Source: a virus | Taxonomy: Duplodnaviria > Caudoviricetes | Length of the DNA stretch: 37,642 nucleotides | Virus record (IMG/VR): IMGVR_UViG_3300022930_000009 | Span: 1 to 37,642 of that record | Strand: one strand, 5' to 3' | Shown here: piece by piece, positions 26,523 to 34,591 of the stretch | Numbering within the stretch: the first letter of the stretch is position 1 | How the letters are laid out: every line of letters starts with the position of its first letter | Translations under genes and position numbers: made by a program | The notes under the pieces: generated by a model | What the model saw: only the letters and a program-made list of their open reading frames with translations | Told to the model about the DNA's origin: nothing | Databases searched by the model: none

Positions 26523-26786
26523 CTATCCTCTCGATATAATTTCGATCTGTCTTTTACTTTTCCTTCTCACGTCTAAAACGACTCTGGTGAGTCGGTCCGT
26601 TGCTGTTTGAGATACAACCCTTTCGATAAGAGGAACGGTAATGCTTTTGGTTTCTGTGTAATAGGACTGTTTAAAGACACTTGTCTCCGGAATATGCACA
26701 TACCTACCGAACAGTGTGAAGGTAGAGTAAAAATACCCAACTACTTCTTTCCCGTTCCATAGTTCATATTTGTATTCAGTAGGCAT
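26523..26786 (-). CDS. Hypothetical protein
   Basis: 87 aa overlapping upstream gene. Confidence 0.6.
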   Translation of the reverse strand: MPTEYKYELWNGKEVVGYFYSTFTLFGRYVHIPETSVFKQSYYTETKSITVPLIERVVSQTATDRLTRVVLDVRRKSKRQIEIISRG

Positions 26787-27219
26787 AGCCGACCGCTTTC
26801 AAAGCAGCTAAACAAATGGCGTGTGGGGCTGTTTCGCCGATAGCAAATTTACAATCTTCTAAGTAGCATGAGCGCTCGTAATACCCTTCATCAAGACTGC
26901 ATGTAGAATCAAACCTAGCCATCCATTTTCCATCATTCATTAGAATTAAGGCAGAAATAGCTGCTTCTGGAACATCACCGTCTTCATCGTCATAGCGCTG
27001 ATTCTTGATTATTTTTAACTTCTCGACAACTTCCCAAGCGCAGCCGATGTCGGTGGAGAATCTAGGAAGTGAACATTCACAACCAGCCATCTCAAAAGCT
27101 CCAGAGTCTCTGGGACTTAACCAAGCATTATTACAGTCATCCCGACAACTCGTAGGTTCTAACTTCCACCTCATCACCTTCTCAGCAATGAGCGCATCAA
27201 GCTCTCTTCCAGCATTCAT
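26776..27219 (-). CDS. Phage ABA-sandwich / BC1872-like protein (start refined from 27249)
   Basis: AGRELDALIAEKVM...FSTDIGCAWEVVEKL...TAPHAICLAALKA. Confidence 0.75.
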   Translation of the reverse strand: MNAGRELDALIAEKVMRWKLEPTSCRDDCNNAWLSPRDSGAFEMAGCECSLPRFSTDIGCAWEVVEKLKIIKNQRYDDEDGDVPEAAISALILMNDGKWMARFDSTCSLDEGYYERSCYLEDCKFAIGETAPHAICLAALKAVGYAY

Positions 27220-27296
27220 ATAAAGTGAAACCCCTTGAGAAGAATCCAAGATCCGTAAATGACCATTGTGGTGAGGAGTAAGATTTCGTATCTCAT
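27216..27296 (-). CDS. 26 aa hydrophobic peptide (not in ORF track)
   Basis: MRYEILLLTTMVIYGSWILLKGFHFI; ATGA overlaps with both neighbours. Confidence 0.5.
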   Translation of the reverse strand: MRYEILLLTTMVIYGSWILLKGFHFI

Positions 27297-27514
27297 ACTT
27301 CTTCCTCTCCCATTTCTAGAATCACATACATCTCGCTACGTTTTGCTATTTTAATATGTCTTTCAGGAAAATCATACAGATTCTTAGCTACCATTTTCCT
27401 AGCCGCTTCAAAACCCGCTATAAATGCAGGTAATGTAGGATCCATTTGACCTACTGTTAAATCAGGTTCGTTAGATTCCGCATAATCCAGTGCTAACTTT
27501 TCTTTTAGTTTCAT
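27293..27514 (-). CDS. Hypothetical protein
   Basis: AFIAGFEAA motif common in small phage ORFs; ATGA coupling. Confidence 0.65.
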   Translation of the reverse strand: MKLKEKLALDYAESNEPDLTVGQMDPTLPAFIAGFEAARKMVAKNLYDFPERHIKIAKRSEMYVILEMGEEEV

Positions 27515-27900
27515 TTCCCCTCCAGCGGAGCTTCGAGTTCTGCAACCACGTTGTTTGCATATTGCTCTACGGATCCGTCCTGATGGCTACACGGATTTGA
27601 GACATTATTATCCGCACCGATAACCTTTAGTGCATAAATAGCTTTATTTAACCTCTTCGCTAACTCCTCAACGTCGGTCCGGGCGTGGGCGATGAATTCG
27701 GCATCATCCGTGGGATCGACAGGATTAGTTCTATCGTATATCCCATCTCTTATAGATGCGACGTAGCAAACAGCGTCTCTATACGCATCACTTTCCAAAT
27801 TATCGCATTCAACTTCCCAGTTACCATAGTCATATTTCCAAGGTCCCGGTGTCGTTTTACTTGCCCGCTCTAAGCATTGATCAGAATAAGTCATTTCCAC
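27511..27900 (-). CDS. Ead/Ea22-like protein
   Basis: ASKTTPGPW...DAEFIAHARTDV signature. Confidence 0.7.
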   Translation of the reverse strand: MEMTYSDQCLERASKTTPGPWKYDYGNWEVECDNLESDAYRDAVCYVASIRDGIYDRTNPVDPTDDAEFIAHARTDVEELAKRLNKAIYALKVIGADNNVSNPCSHQDGSVEQYANNVVAELEAPLEGK

Positions 27901-28186
27901 TCCACATCCGTCTATTGTCTTTGTTCAATACGGGATCTACTCGAATTCTTCGTTGGGTCTCCTCTGAGAAAATACTTCCACATAAAAGACATTTTCTTAC
28001 GAATTCATTTGGGAGACGAACCAGGACTACTTTACGCAATCCACGCGTGAAACTTTCCTGATATGAGCAATAAGGACAAAACCTTTTTCCAAATTCAATT
28101 TTATTTATCATCTTAAAAATTAGAAAACTGATCGCAACAGAGATCGTAATCCAAACTGCATAAATCATAGCTCCTGTGGGTCCCAT
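27881..28186 (-). CDS. Membrane-anchored zinc-ribbon protein
   Basis: N-terminal TM helix; CPYC...CLLC. Confidence 0.6.
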   Translation of the reverse strand: MGPTGAMIYAVWITISVAISFLIFKMINKIEFGKRFCPYCSYQESFTRGLRKVVLVRLPNEFVRKCLLCGSIFSEETQRRIRVDPVLNKDNRRMWSGNDLF

Positions 28187-28974
28187 GGCGATAATTCGTC
28201 TTGAACCGGAAACGCTGGCTTTAGGTCTCCTTTAGCCATCGCTACCTTTTGTGCTAATAAGAACTTCTTAAAGTGCTCCAATTGTTTGTCATCTGCAGTA
28301 GTTAAACTATCTGTTCCACATTCTCGGTAAAACTCTTCTCTCGCTGCTTCGGTCTCTATATTGAGCTCTTTTAGTAATACCATGACCTCTTTTAAGATAG
28401 GGTTAAACATGGGTTTATTAACAGTCCCTTTTGCGATAATAACGGGCTTAATTAGAGACGGCGCTGCTGTCACCTTAGAAGTAGCTACAGAGGTAATTAC
28501 TGGAGAAGGAGCGTACGGAATAGGAGGTTGAGTGAAAGATTCTTTTGGTGTGAATTTAGGAGCAATTGATTTTTCTCCACCTCGCCCGGTAGCCGTTTCA
28601 CCATCATCATCCATCTCAGCTGCTGCCACACCTGCAATAGCAGAAAGTGCTGCACGTTTCATATAGGTCATTGCGCTTACCATGGACTGAGGGTCTGGCT
28701 TTACGGGTTGAATTGGCACAATGCTTTGAATAAATTCACCGCTCGAGTGCATAAGTTCAGTAGTAAGAAAAACTCTACCCTCAATCACGTCATAAAGTTG
28801 AGAAACCGCAATTCCTTGGTCAGACAGAGGCTTTCGACATGCATCCCAAACACCTGCTAGGTCTGCGTACTTAGATTTGAAGAAAGGATTATCTCTATCC
28901 TTGTCCGCATTTTTCATCATCCCTTGGGCTTTTGATAACGCTTCAGCAAGTTTTCCGATGGTTTCAGATCTCAT
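28165..28974 (-). CDS. erf: ERF-family ssDNA annealing protein
   Basis: LAEALSKAQ...NPFFKSKYADL...LMHSSGEF...SAMTYMKRAALSAIAGV...DDDG. Confidence 0.92.
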   Translation of the reverse strand: MRSETIGKLAEALSKAQGMMKNADKDRDNPFFKSKYADLAGVWDACRKPLSDQGIAVSQLYDVIEGRVFLTTELMHSSGEFIQSIVPIQPVKPDPQSMVSAMTYMKRAALSAIAGVAAAEMDDDGETATGRGGEKSIAPKFTPKESFTQPPIPYAPSPVITSVATSKVTAAPSLIKPVIIAKGTVNKPMFNPILKEVMVLLKELNIETEAAREEFYRECGTDSLTTADDKQLEHFKKFLLAQKVAMAKGDLKPAFPVQDELSPWDPQEL

Positions 28975-29189
28975 TTAATTCTTCTTTCTACACTTTCAAT
29001 AGCCCGCTCCATGGCGCGTTCACGGCGTTCTTTTAGGAGCTCTTCATCTTCAGGCTTTGTTGGTCGTATTGATCTCATTCTTAATCCAGGGTTGAGATAA
29101 TCATAGATATCTCCACTCTCTCCACTAAATCCACAGGCCAGACATCCGCTCCCACTGCATGATCTACATGATCCCCATCGTTCTGACAT
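28971..29189 (-). CDS. Small protein with CxxCxGxG zinc finger
   Basis: CRSCSGSGCLACGFSG; first gene of leftward operon. Confidence 0.65.
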   Translation of the reverse strand: MSERWGSCRSCSGSGCLACGFSGESGDIYDYLNPGLRMRSIRPTKPEDEELLKERRERAMERAIESVERRIK

Positions 29190-29235
29190 AACATTTTGTA
29201 TACACTAGTTAACGCACTTGTGTTATCACTTTTTC

Positions 29236-29406
29236 ATGAAAAAAAACGAAAGTGTTAACGCAGTAAAGACTAAAAAAACAATGGCATTTGCAGTCGCAAG
29301 AATCCCAATGTCTCTGAAGAACAAGTTCAAAAGACATGCAAAAAAAATTGGAAGATCTGAATCAGCTGAGATGAGACTTCTTATTGAAAAAGCGATCTCT
29401 CAATGA
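29236..29406 (+). CDS. Ribbon-helix-helix (Arc/CopG-like) regulator (start refined from 29218)
   Basis: AFAVARIPMSLKNKFKRHAKKIGRSESAEMRLLIEKAI; sits at the divergence point. Confidence 0.75.
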   Translation: MKKNESVNAVKTKKTMAFAVARIPMSLKNKFKRHAKKIGRSESAEMRLLIEKAISQ

Positions 29407-29615
29407 GTGAATTCGAAGGATACGAGTTACTCAAAGACCCTTCTTTACGAGCTTGGGATATTCAGCAAATGAGGAGAGATATCCATTTTCTACAAGCACG
29501 TTCTATGTTGCTTGAAAAACAGTACGGAGAAAGATTTACGACACATGCAAAGATTATGTGCCTGAATGGGTTTGCTCTTTGTTTGCATATCGTCATTAGT
29601 GCGTGGCTTAAATGA
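29403..29615 (+). CDS. Hypothetical protein with C-terminal hydrophobic helix
   Basis: ATGA coupling. Confidence 0.6.
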   Translation: MSEFEGYELLKDPSLRAWDIQQMRRDIHFLQARSMLLEKQYGERFTTHAKIMCLNGFALCLHIVISAWLK

Positions 29616-29788
29616 GCTTCACAGAAGACGAACAGGCATACCTCAAGGGTGTTCACCATGAGCTTATGGAGACGCTCTTTAGTTTAAAGCTCATGGAAGC
29701 TAAGGTTCGCTGGCTTACTCTCATGGTCTATGCGATGGCTGGGTATCATATGCTAGGTGTTGCGATTGAATTTCTAAAGAGGACGTAA
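29612..29788 (+). CDS. 58 aa protein with C-terminal hydrophobic helix (not in ORF track)
   Basis: MSFTEDEQAYLKG...; ATGA and TAATG coupling on both sides. Confidence 0.6.
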   Translation: MSFTEDEQAYLKGVHHELMETLFSLKLMEAKVRWLTLMVYAMAGYHMLGVAIEFLKRT

Positions 29789-29982
29789 TGGAATCACCCG
29801 GCCATAAGCACCTCAGGCTTCTTCAATCCTACGTGCTCCTAGGTCAATTAAAGAAGCTGATTAAGAAAACTCCGACAGGGTTGGAAGATTATTTAAATAG
29901 TATTGGTTTAACGAGCAAGCAGATGATCGATTATCTTGAGAAGCTGCAGAAAAAAGTAAAGAAGGATGTAAAGAAGATATGA
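29788..29982 (+). CDS. Basic hypothetical protein
   Basis: GAGG SD; coupled. Confidence 0.6.
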   Translation: MESPGHKHLRLLQSYVLLGQLKKLIKKTPTGLEDYLNSIGLTSKQMIDYLEKLQKKVKKDVKKI

Positions 29983-30266
29983 AAACAAAAAAACAGAAAA
30001 CTAAAGCAGTTAAAACAGATGAAGAATTAACAGTACGGCTGTACGACAGTCTGATGGACCACGTTACGAGCTTCGGAAAAAAAGAGAAAGATGTTGGTTA
30101 TGCGGTATATGCGTCTTTTGTCACTCTTGGACATTTGATCATAAAAAATGAAGGTGATCAGCGGTTTAACGATTATATTGCTCAAATTTTAACAGTTACT
30201 CGTCATGATCATAAGTGTCCTGATTGTGTAGCTGAACAGGAAGATGGGATTCCTCATCCTGTATGA
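29979..30266 (+). CDS. Hypothetical protein
   Basis: ATGA coupling; C-terminal HDHKCPDC. Confidence 0.6.
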   Translation: MKTKKQKTKAVKTDEELTVRLYDSLMDHVTSFGKKEKDVGYAVYASFVTLGHLIIKNEGDQRFNDYIAQILTVTRHDHKCPDCVAEQEDGIPHPV

Positions 30267-30592
30267 ACGAGAAGCAGTTTTTTGAATTAATGGATCAGAT
30301 CTCTGAAATTATAAGAGCTTACGAAAAGAAAATGAAAGAGCTTCATTTAATAGTTCCGGTTCTATTACACAACGTATTGAGGTGGGAGCAGATAGGTGAT
30401 GGATTTAGGATCACACTCGACCATAAACCACTCATTGATTGCGTGTTTAAATATAGAGCAATGTGGTTTCAGATGCTCCCTGAACTTTTTGATTCAGCTA
30501 AAGAGGGAATGTTTGAGGAATTTAAAAACGTCAATCAAGAAAACATAGACAAGGTGAAAGATCATCTTTTGTGTGGGAACAGATCAGACTAA
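30263..30592 (+). CDS. Hypothetical protein
   Basis: ATGA coupling; 109 aa. Confidence 0.6.
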   Translation: MNEKQFFELMDQISEIIRAYEKKMKELHLIVPVLLHNVLRWEQIGDGFRITLDHKPLIDCVFKYRAMWFQMLPELFDSAKEGMFEEFKNVNQENIDKVKDHLLCGNRSD

Positions 30593-30599
30593 AGCAAGC

Positions 30600-30628
30600 T
30601 TGACATTATTACACAGTTAATATATAAC
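30600..30628 (+). promoter_or_regulatory. Near-consensus sigma70 promoter
   Basis: TTGACA(30600-05), 17 bp, TATAAC(30623-28). Confidence 0.75.
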
Positions 30629-30652
30629 CCTCTCACGAAAGAGAAGTGAGTT

Positions 30653-30781
30653 ATGAATTACGAAATGAAGTCGGGCCTGTTTTTCGGTGGTTTAGTGCTC
30701 TTATTTAAGCTTGGAATATGCGCAATCGTATGGCCTTTCACTAAGGTCGGCGCGATTATTCTCTTTTGTTTTATGGGATAA
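30653..30781 (+). CDS. 42 aa hydrophobic peptide (not in ORF track)
   Basis: MNYEMKSGLFFGGLVLLFKLGICAIVWPFTKVGAIILFCFMG between promoter and hairpin. Confidence 0.55.
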   Translation: MNYEMKSGLFFGGLVLLFKLGICAIVWPFTKVGAIILFCFMG

Positions 30782-30814
30782 ATTTAGATTTTAAAGTTGA
30801 AGTTTTTTTAGTTT

Positions 30815-30860
30815 AAGCCCCCGAGTTAAAACTTGCGTTTATGACTCGGGGGCTTTATTC
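30815..30860 (+). terminator. Strong stem-loop, probable terminator
   Basis: aagcccccgagtta...tgactcgggggctt followed by weak T tract. Confidence 0.65.
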
Positions 30861-30863
30861 ATT

Positions 30864-30999
30864 CAGTTGATAGTGAGTACCCTTACAACAGTTAGCCACT
30901 AGCGAAAGAATGAGTAACTTCTTGACTCCATCTTTTTCATACGCCGCGCGGCAAATCAAGTAAAAAAAACTGTTGTAAGGGATACTTCGCTATCAACTG
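30864..30999. repeat. ~30-bp imperfect inverted repeat around a 74-nt spacer
   Basis: cagttgatagtgagtacccttacaacagtt (30864-93) vs aactgttgtaagggatacttcgctatcaactg (30968-99). Confidence 0.9.
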
Positions 31000-31538
31000 T
31001 TCTCCTTGAGGACTGTTAAAAAGCGGGTGAGAACTATTTGCGCCAAAGGGTAACAACCGGAGGCAAGACCCGACATAACGGCAGCCCCCTCAACGTCTTG
31101 ATTCCCGAGGGCTAGCAAAGGATTGCTAGTGTGGAATTGAGCAGAACGCCTCAGGGAGATTGATGCTTAAGTCTTAATTAGGGGACTTAAACAAAATCAG
31201 TTGAAATGGCAGTAGCCAACCTTTTCCGGGGAAAGTCAAAATAGCCGGGAAGCTTCAGCTCAAAAATGGAGGGTCAGCCCCCTACATATAGGGCGAAGCT
31301 TTGCCCGAAATACGGAGACGGGCCGAGGGCCTACAGCCCTTCTCATCCCTGTAGCCGGTTCGGACTTCGTCCTTCCACCGGCTCATCTAGAAATCCGTAC
31401 TTTTACAATACCAAAACTGCGGGTAACCTCTAAACTCCTTCTGCGGCGAAGGTCGGTCTATCTCAGGGGAGCGAAGCATAGCTTCCTCTTCTGGGAGACT
31501 TCCCTTGAATCCCTCGCTCAAAGCGTCATACTCAGTCA
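31000..31538. other. GC-rich structured non-coding region (candidate ncRNA or origin)
   Basis: No ORF of 60 aa or more; many nested stems, e.g. 31102-57, 31167-90, 31291-306, 31311-99, 31456-99. Confidence 0.55.
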
Positions 31539-31853
31539 ATGATCACTGAAGGCATCATCGGAGGTATTGGAGCTATCCTGGGAGGGATAGTGACCAAGCT
31601 CATCTCAAACAATCAGAAGAACATTGAAGCTAACCAAGCTGAAATCGCAATCATTCGGAAAGAGTTAAGGGACCGCTGCGATAAGCTGCAGGCAGAGAAT
31701 GATGTCTGGAAGTCTAAGTACTACGTAGACATTCGGGCTCTCCAAGAGGAGATCTTTACGCTGAAAGCAGATAACGCGGCACTGCGTGTTCAACTCTCTG
31801 ATATCAACTCCAGGGGATGGGTTCCGGAAGAGGAACACAAAAGGTACCAATGA
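31539..31853 (+). CDS. Membrane-anchored coiled-coil protein
   Basis: GIIGGIGAILGGIVTKLI then heptad coiled coil. Confidence 0.7.
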   Translation: MITEGIIGGIGAILGGIVTKLISNNQKNIEANQAEIAIIRKELRDRCDKLQAENDVWKSKYYVDIRALQEEIFTLKADNAALRVQLSDINSRGWVPEEEHKRYQ

Positions 31854-32245
31854 ATCGAATCAAAGCATTAGTCATCGAAGATGAAGAAGTCTCAGGCGCT
31901 GTTTTAACGAAGTCCTTAGAGCAATTAGGAGTGACGGTTCACCAGGTCTCAAACTTAAACCAGGCCTTTGAAACGATCTCAGCTAATCTTCCGAGCGTCA
32001 TCTTCTTGGACCTGCACCTAGAGGACGCCAAAGGGGGCCTTGAGTTCTTAAAACTGAGAAAGAAGATTACAGCTCTACAAAACGTCCCAGTCTTCATCGT
32101 GAGTGTGTCTGCTGACTTTGACACGATCTCAAACGCCATGAGGCAAGGAGCAGATGATTACTTGATTAAACCGATCATCCCTGAGTTACTCAAAAGAATG
32201 TTAGCCAAACACTTCGTCATCGCTCAGGATCTGAATCGTGCGTAA
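31850..32245 (+). CDS. Stand-alone CheY-like response regulator receiver (start refined from 31817)
   Basis: ALVIEDE, VIFLDLHL (phospho-Asp), GLEFL, VFIVS, GADDYLIKP. Confidence 0.92.
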   Translation: MNRIKALVIEDEEVSGAVLTKSLEQLGVTVHQVSNLNQAFETISANLPSVIFLDLHLEDAKGGLEFLKLRKKITALQNVPVFIVSVSADFDTISNAMRQGADDYLIKPIIPELLKRMLAKHFVIAQDLNRA

Positions 32246-32687
32246 GTATAAGAACGTAGGCGTCACCTGCGCCGCTAATCACTGGCATCCTTCAAAGCTA
32301 GAATCAACGGTCTGCGCAGTCTTAAGAAAAGACCAAGACGTGGAGAAGGTGGATGTTCAGACTCCAGTTGAACTCACAGAGGCTAAGATCAAATACATCG
32401 TAGATTTCCGTGTGACCCTCAAATCGGGCAAGATGTTCTATGCCGAAGCCAAAGGGATGGAAACGGACGCTTGGCGCATTAAAAAGAAGCTCTGGGCGTT
32501 TTACGGGCCAGGGGAACTGCATGTCTACAAGGGAAACTTCAACAAGGTGACTCGGACTGAGATCGTTAATTGTGAGTTGCCCAATAAATTGCCAGGTAGC
32601 CTAGGATCAGAACGACAATCACCACATGCGAACGACGTAGATTCAATGAAGGCCCCTCCCGGAATCAAGACTGTTAAAAACGACTAG
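32238..32687 (+). CDS. DUF1064-like PD-(D/E)XK nuclease
   Basis: KYKN...SKLE...YIVDF...EAKGMETDAWRIKKKL. Confidence 0.8.
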   Translation: MRKYKNVGVTCAANHWHPSKLESTVCAVLRKDQDVEKVDVQTPVELTEAKIKYIVDFRVTLKSGKMFYAEAKGMETDAWRIKKKLWAFYGPGELHVYKGNFNKVTRTEIVNCELPNKLPGSLGSERQSPHANDVDSMKAPPGIKTVKND

Positions 32688-33131
32688 CACTTTATCTACA
32701 TACTGCTGATTCTTATAGCGACCGTTAATTTGAATGGCAGTGCCTGCGTTATAAGCAGCAATCAGATCCTTTCTCGTCTTCCAGGTCTTTCCCAACCTCT
32801 TTAACTGCAAACACCCGTAGAAGATGCCCTTCTCGGGATCAGTCAACGTATTTAAGTGATCTGTGAAGTTAAGCTCTCTTGCCACTGATCCCATGACCTG
32901 CATACAGCCCCAGGAAATTTGCTGAAGCACGTACTCAGTCTTGACCGTGATACCCAGTTGCTTAGCAAAGAGATCAGGCTTGTAGAAGTACTTCCAGTTG
33001 ACCTCAAAGCGGCAGGCCCCCGTATTGTAATTGCTCTCCACTGCAGCAATGGCTAGCGCTAAGACTGGGTCCACCCCAACCTCTAACGCAATTGAACTAA
33101 TTGTCTGAATGACGAGTGGATTAATTGCCAT
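32643..33131 (-). CDS. SLT-family lytic transglycosylase, endolysin candidate (start refined from 33179)
   Basis: AIAAVES, GCMQVM and IAAYNAG motifs. Confidence 0.9.
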   Translation of the reverse strand: MAINPLVIQTISSIALEVGVDPVLALAIAAVESNYNTGACRFEVNWKYFYKPDLFAKQLGITVKTEYVLQQISWGCMQVMGSVARELNFTDHLNTLTDPEKGIFYGCLQLKRLGKTWKTRKDLIAAYNAGTAIQINGRYKNQQYVDKVLVVFNSLDSGRGLH

Positions 33132-33181
33132 AGTTAAATATTCTATGAGAAATTTAGCGTTAAGAAAAGAGAACGACACTC

Positions 33182-33421
33182 ATGGAAATAGCAGGAATCA
33201 TTGCGATCTTAAAAGCTTTGCCTGAATTCTTAAAGATTTTAGGCCAGGTAGGCAACCTCATCACCAAATTAGTTGAGGTATCTAAAAAAAATGACATCAA
33301 CAAATGGCTAAACGATCTTGAAGCGTCGATTGACCAATTGGACAAGGCTAAGACTGCAGAAGACAAGCTAAAATCGGCACGAGATCTTGCTAAACTCATC
33401 CAAGGAATGGACCCCAAATGA
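33182..33421 (+). CDS. Small membrane/coiled-coil protein, i-spanin or holin candidate
   Basis: Hydrophobic N-terminus, helical C-terminus, ATGA-coupled to a lipoprotein. Confidence 0.55.
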   Translation: MEIAGIIAILKALPEFLKILGQVGNLITKLVEVSKKNDINKWLNDLEASIDQLDKAKTAEDKLKSARDLAKLIQGMDPK

Positions 33422-33813
33422 TTGCTAAATTTTTACACATGATGGCTTTGTTCTTATGCATAGGTGGATGCGGACACAGTGGAGCAAAGGTGAATGTCTG
33501 CGTTGTAGATGCTCCTGCTGAAGGGTTCCAATGCTCAGAGGCGAAGAAGAAGACTGAGACCTTTATTCCCTTTTCTAAAGGATCCAATCTCAACTGCATT
33601 TCACCCTCTGATTTAGAGCAGGGCTTAAAGCTCTGCCAGAAGGGCATTTTGCCGACACTCACGCTCTGTAAGATCTCTGAGTATTCTCCCTATTCCTTCA
33701 CCTGCATCACGCCTGTAAACGAATCCTATAACATTACCCCAGAGCAAGCAGACAACTACGCATGCTTAAGTGATCGCGATAAAAAGCGTATTTTGGAACG
33801 ATGCCATAAGTAA
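33418..33813 (+). CDS. Cys-rich lipoprotein, o-spanin candidate
   Basis: ALFLCIGG-C lipobox-like signal; eight further Cys; duplicated F.C...C.S..D module. Confidence 0.6.
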   Translation: MIAKFLHMMALFLCIGGCGHSGAKVNVCVVDAPAEGFQCSEAKKKTETFIPFSKGSNLNCISPSDLEQGLKLCQKGILPTLTLCKISEYSPYSFTCITPVNESYNITPEQADNYACLSDRDKKRILERCHK

Positions 33814-33890
33814 TAAAATGGGCTAGACTTGGGCTCATTGTGTTGTAACCTAATATTAAACCAATAGTCGACTAAAAGGGGATAGTAATT

Positions 33891-34397
33891 ATGTTCGGTA
33901 AAAAAGATGCAAAAGAAAAAGACGTGCACGCAGATAAAGAAGTAGCGCCTAAGAAAGAGGACGCAAAGGCAGACAAGAAAGAAGAAGCAAAAAAGGCTGA
34001 CGCTTTCTCCGTAAAAGATGATTCCAAAGAAGAAGTAAAAGAAGGCGAATCACTGGAATCAGGTTCTGAGCTTCATGACAAAAACCACATGAACAAAGAA
34101 CAAGAGCAGGGTGAAATTCGTCCTGACCAAAGTCAACCTGGCGATAACGCAAAGCCTCTGACTCATGAAGAAGAGTTAGAAAAACAGAAGAAAGCTTCAG
34201 CATCTGTTGCAGAAGGAAATCATGGAGAAGCACCTAGTCAAGCAATTATGGACGAAGCTAAAAAAGTATCTGATGCAGCTGCTGCTAAAGTGGAAGCTGA
34301 TCAGGCCAAAGGTGAATGCACCGAAAAGCACGCCCATAAAGACTTCCAAAAAGGCGATGAAAAAGACGAGTCCAAAAAAGAAGACGAAAAAGTCTAA
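33891..34397 (+). CDS. Highly charged, probably disordered protein
   Basis: GGGGG SD; K/E/D-rich with few hydrophobics. Confidence 0.75.
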   Translation: MFGKKDAKEKDVHADKEVAPKKEDAKADKKEEAKKADAFSVKDDSKEEVKEGESLESGSELHDKNHMNKEQEQGEIRPDQSQPGDNAKPLTHEEELEKQKKASASVAEGNHGEAPSQAIMDEAKKVSDAAAAKVEADQAKGECTEKHAHKDFQKGDEKDESKKEDEKV

Positions 34398-34410
34398 CAA
34401 GGAGAATCAA

Positions 34411-34581
34411 ATGAAAGAACCAAAAATCGATCACGGTCAAAAAGCAAGTACACCTAAAGAAGCTGCAAAAGATGCAGGAAAATCCAGTGCAGAATCAGGG
34501 AAACTAGGAGAAGGTGTTTCTCATGGGGACGCAAATAAGGGCGAAAAGGGCGATGCCGGAAAGCCTGCTCAAGCTAAATAG
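34411..34581 (+). CDS. 56 aa hydrophilic protein (start refined from 34207)
   Basis: AAGGAG SD before ATG 34411. Confidence 0.7.
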   Translation: MKEPKIDHGQKASTPKEAAKDAGKSSAESGKLGEGVSHGDANKGEKGDAGKPAQAK

Positions 34582-34591
34582 GGGAAATTGA

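Noticed and set aside
26331-26576. 81-aa + strand ORF
   Set aside because: Antisense to a better-supported minus-strand membrane ORF with an SD
30864-30999. Retron a1/a2 repeats, MITE or invertible segment
   Set aside because: No reverse transcriptase, transposase or site-specific recombinase recognised; no target duplication or second copy seen
31353-31383. tRNA suggested by GGTTCG
   Set aside because: No cloverleaf can be built; treated as part of the structured region
34207-34410. 5' extension of the 124-aa ORF
   Set aside because: Overlaps 33891-34397 out of frame; AAGGAG supports the start at 34411
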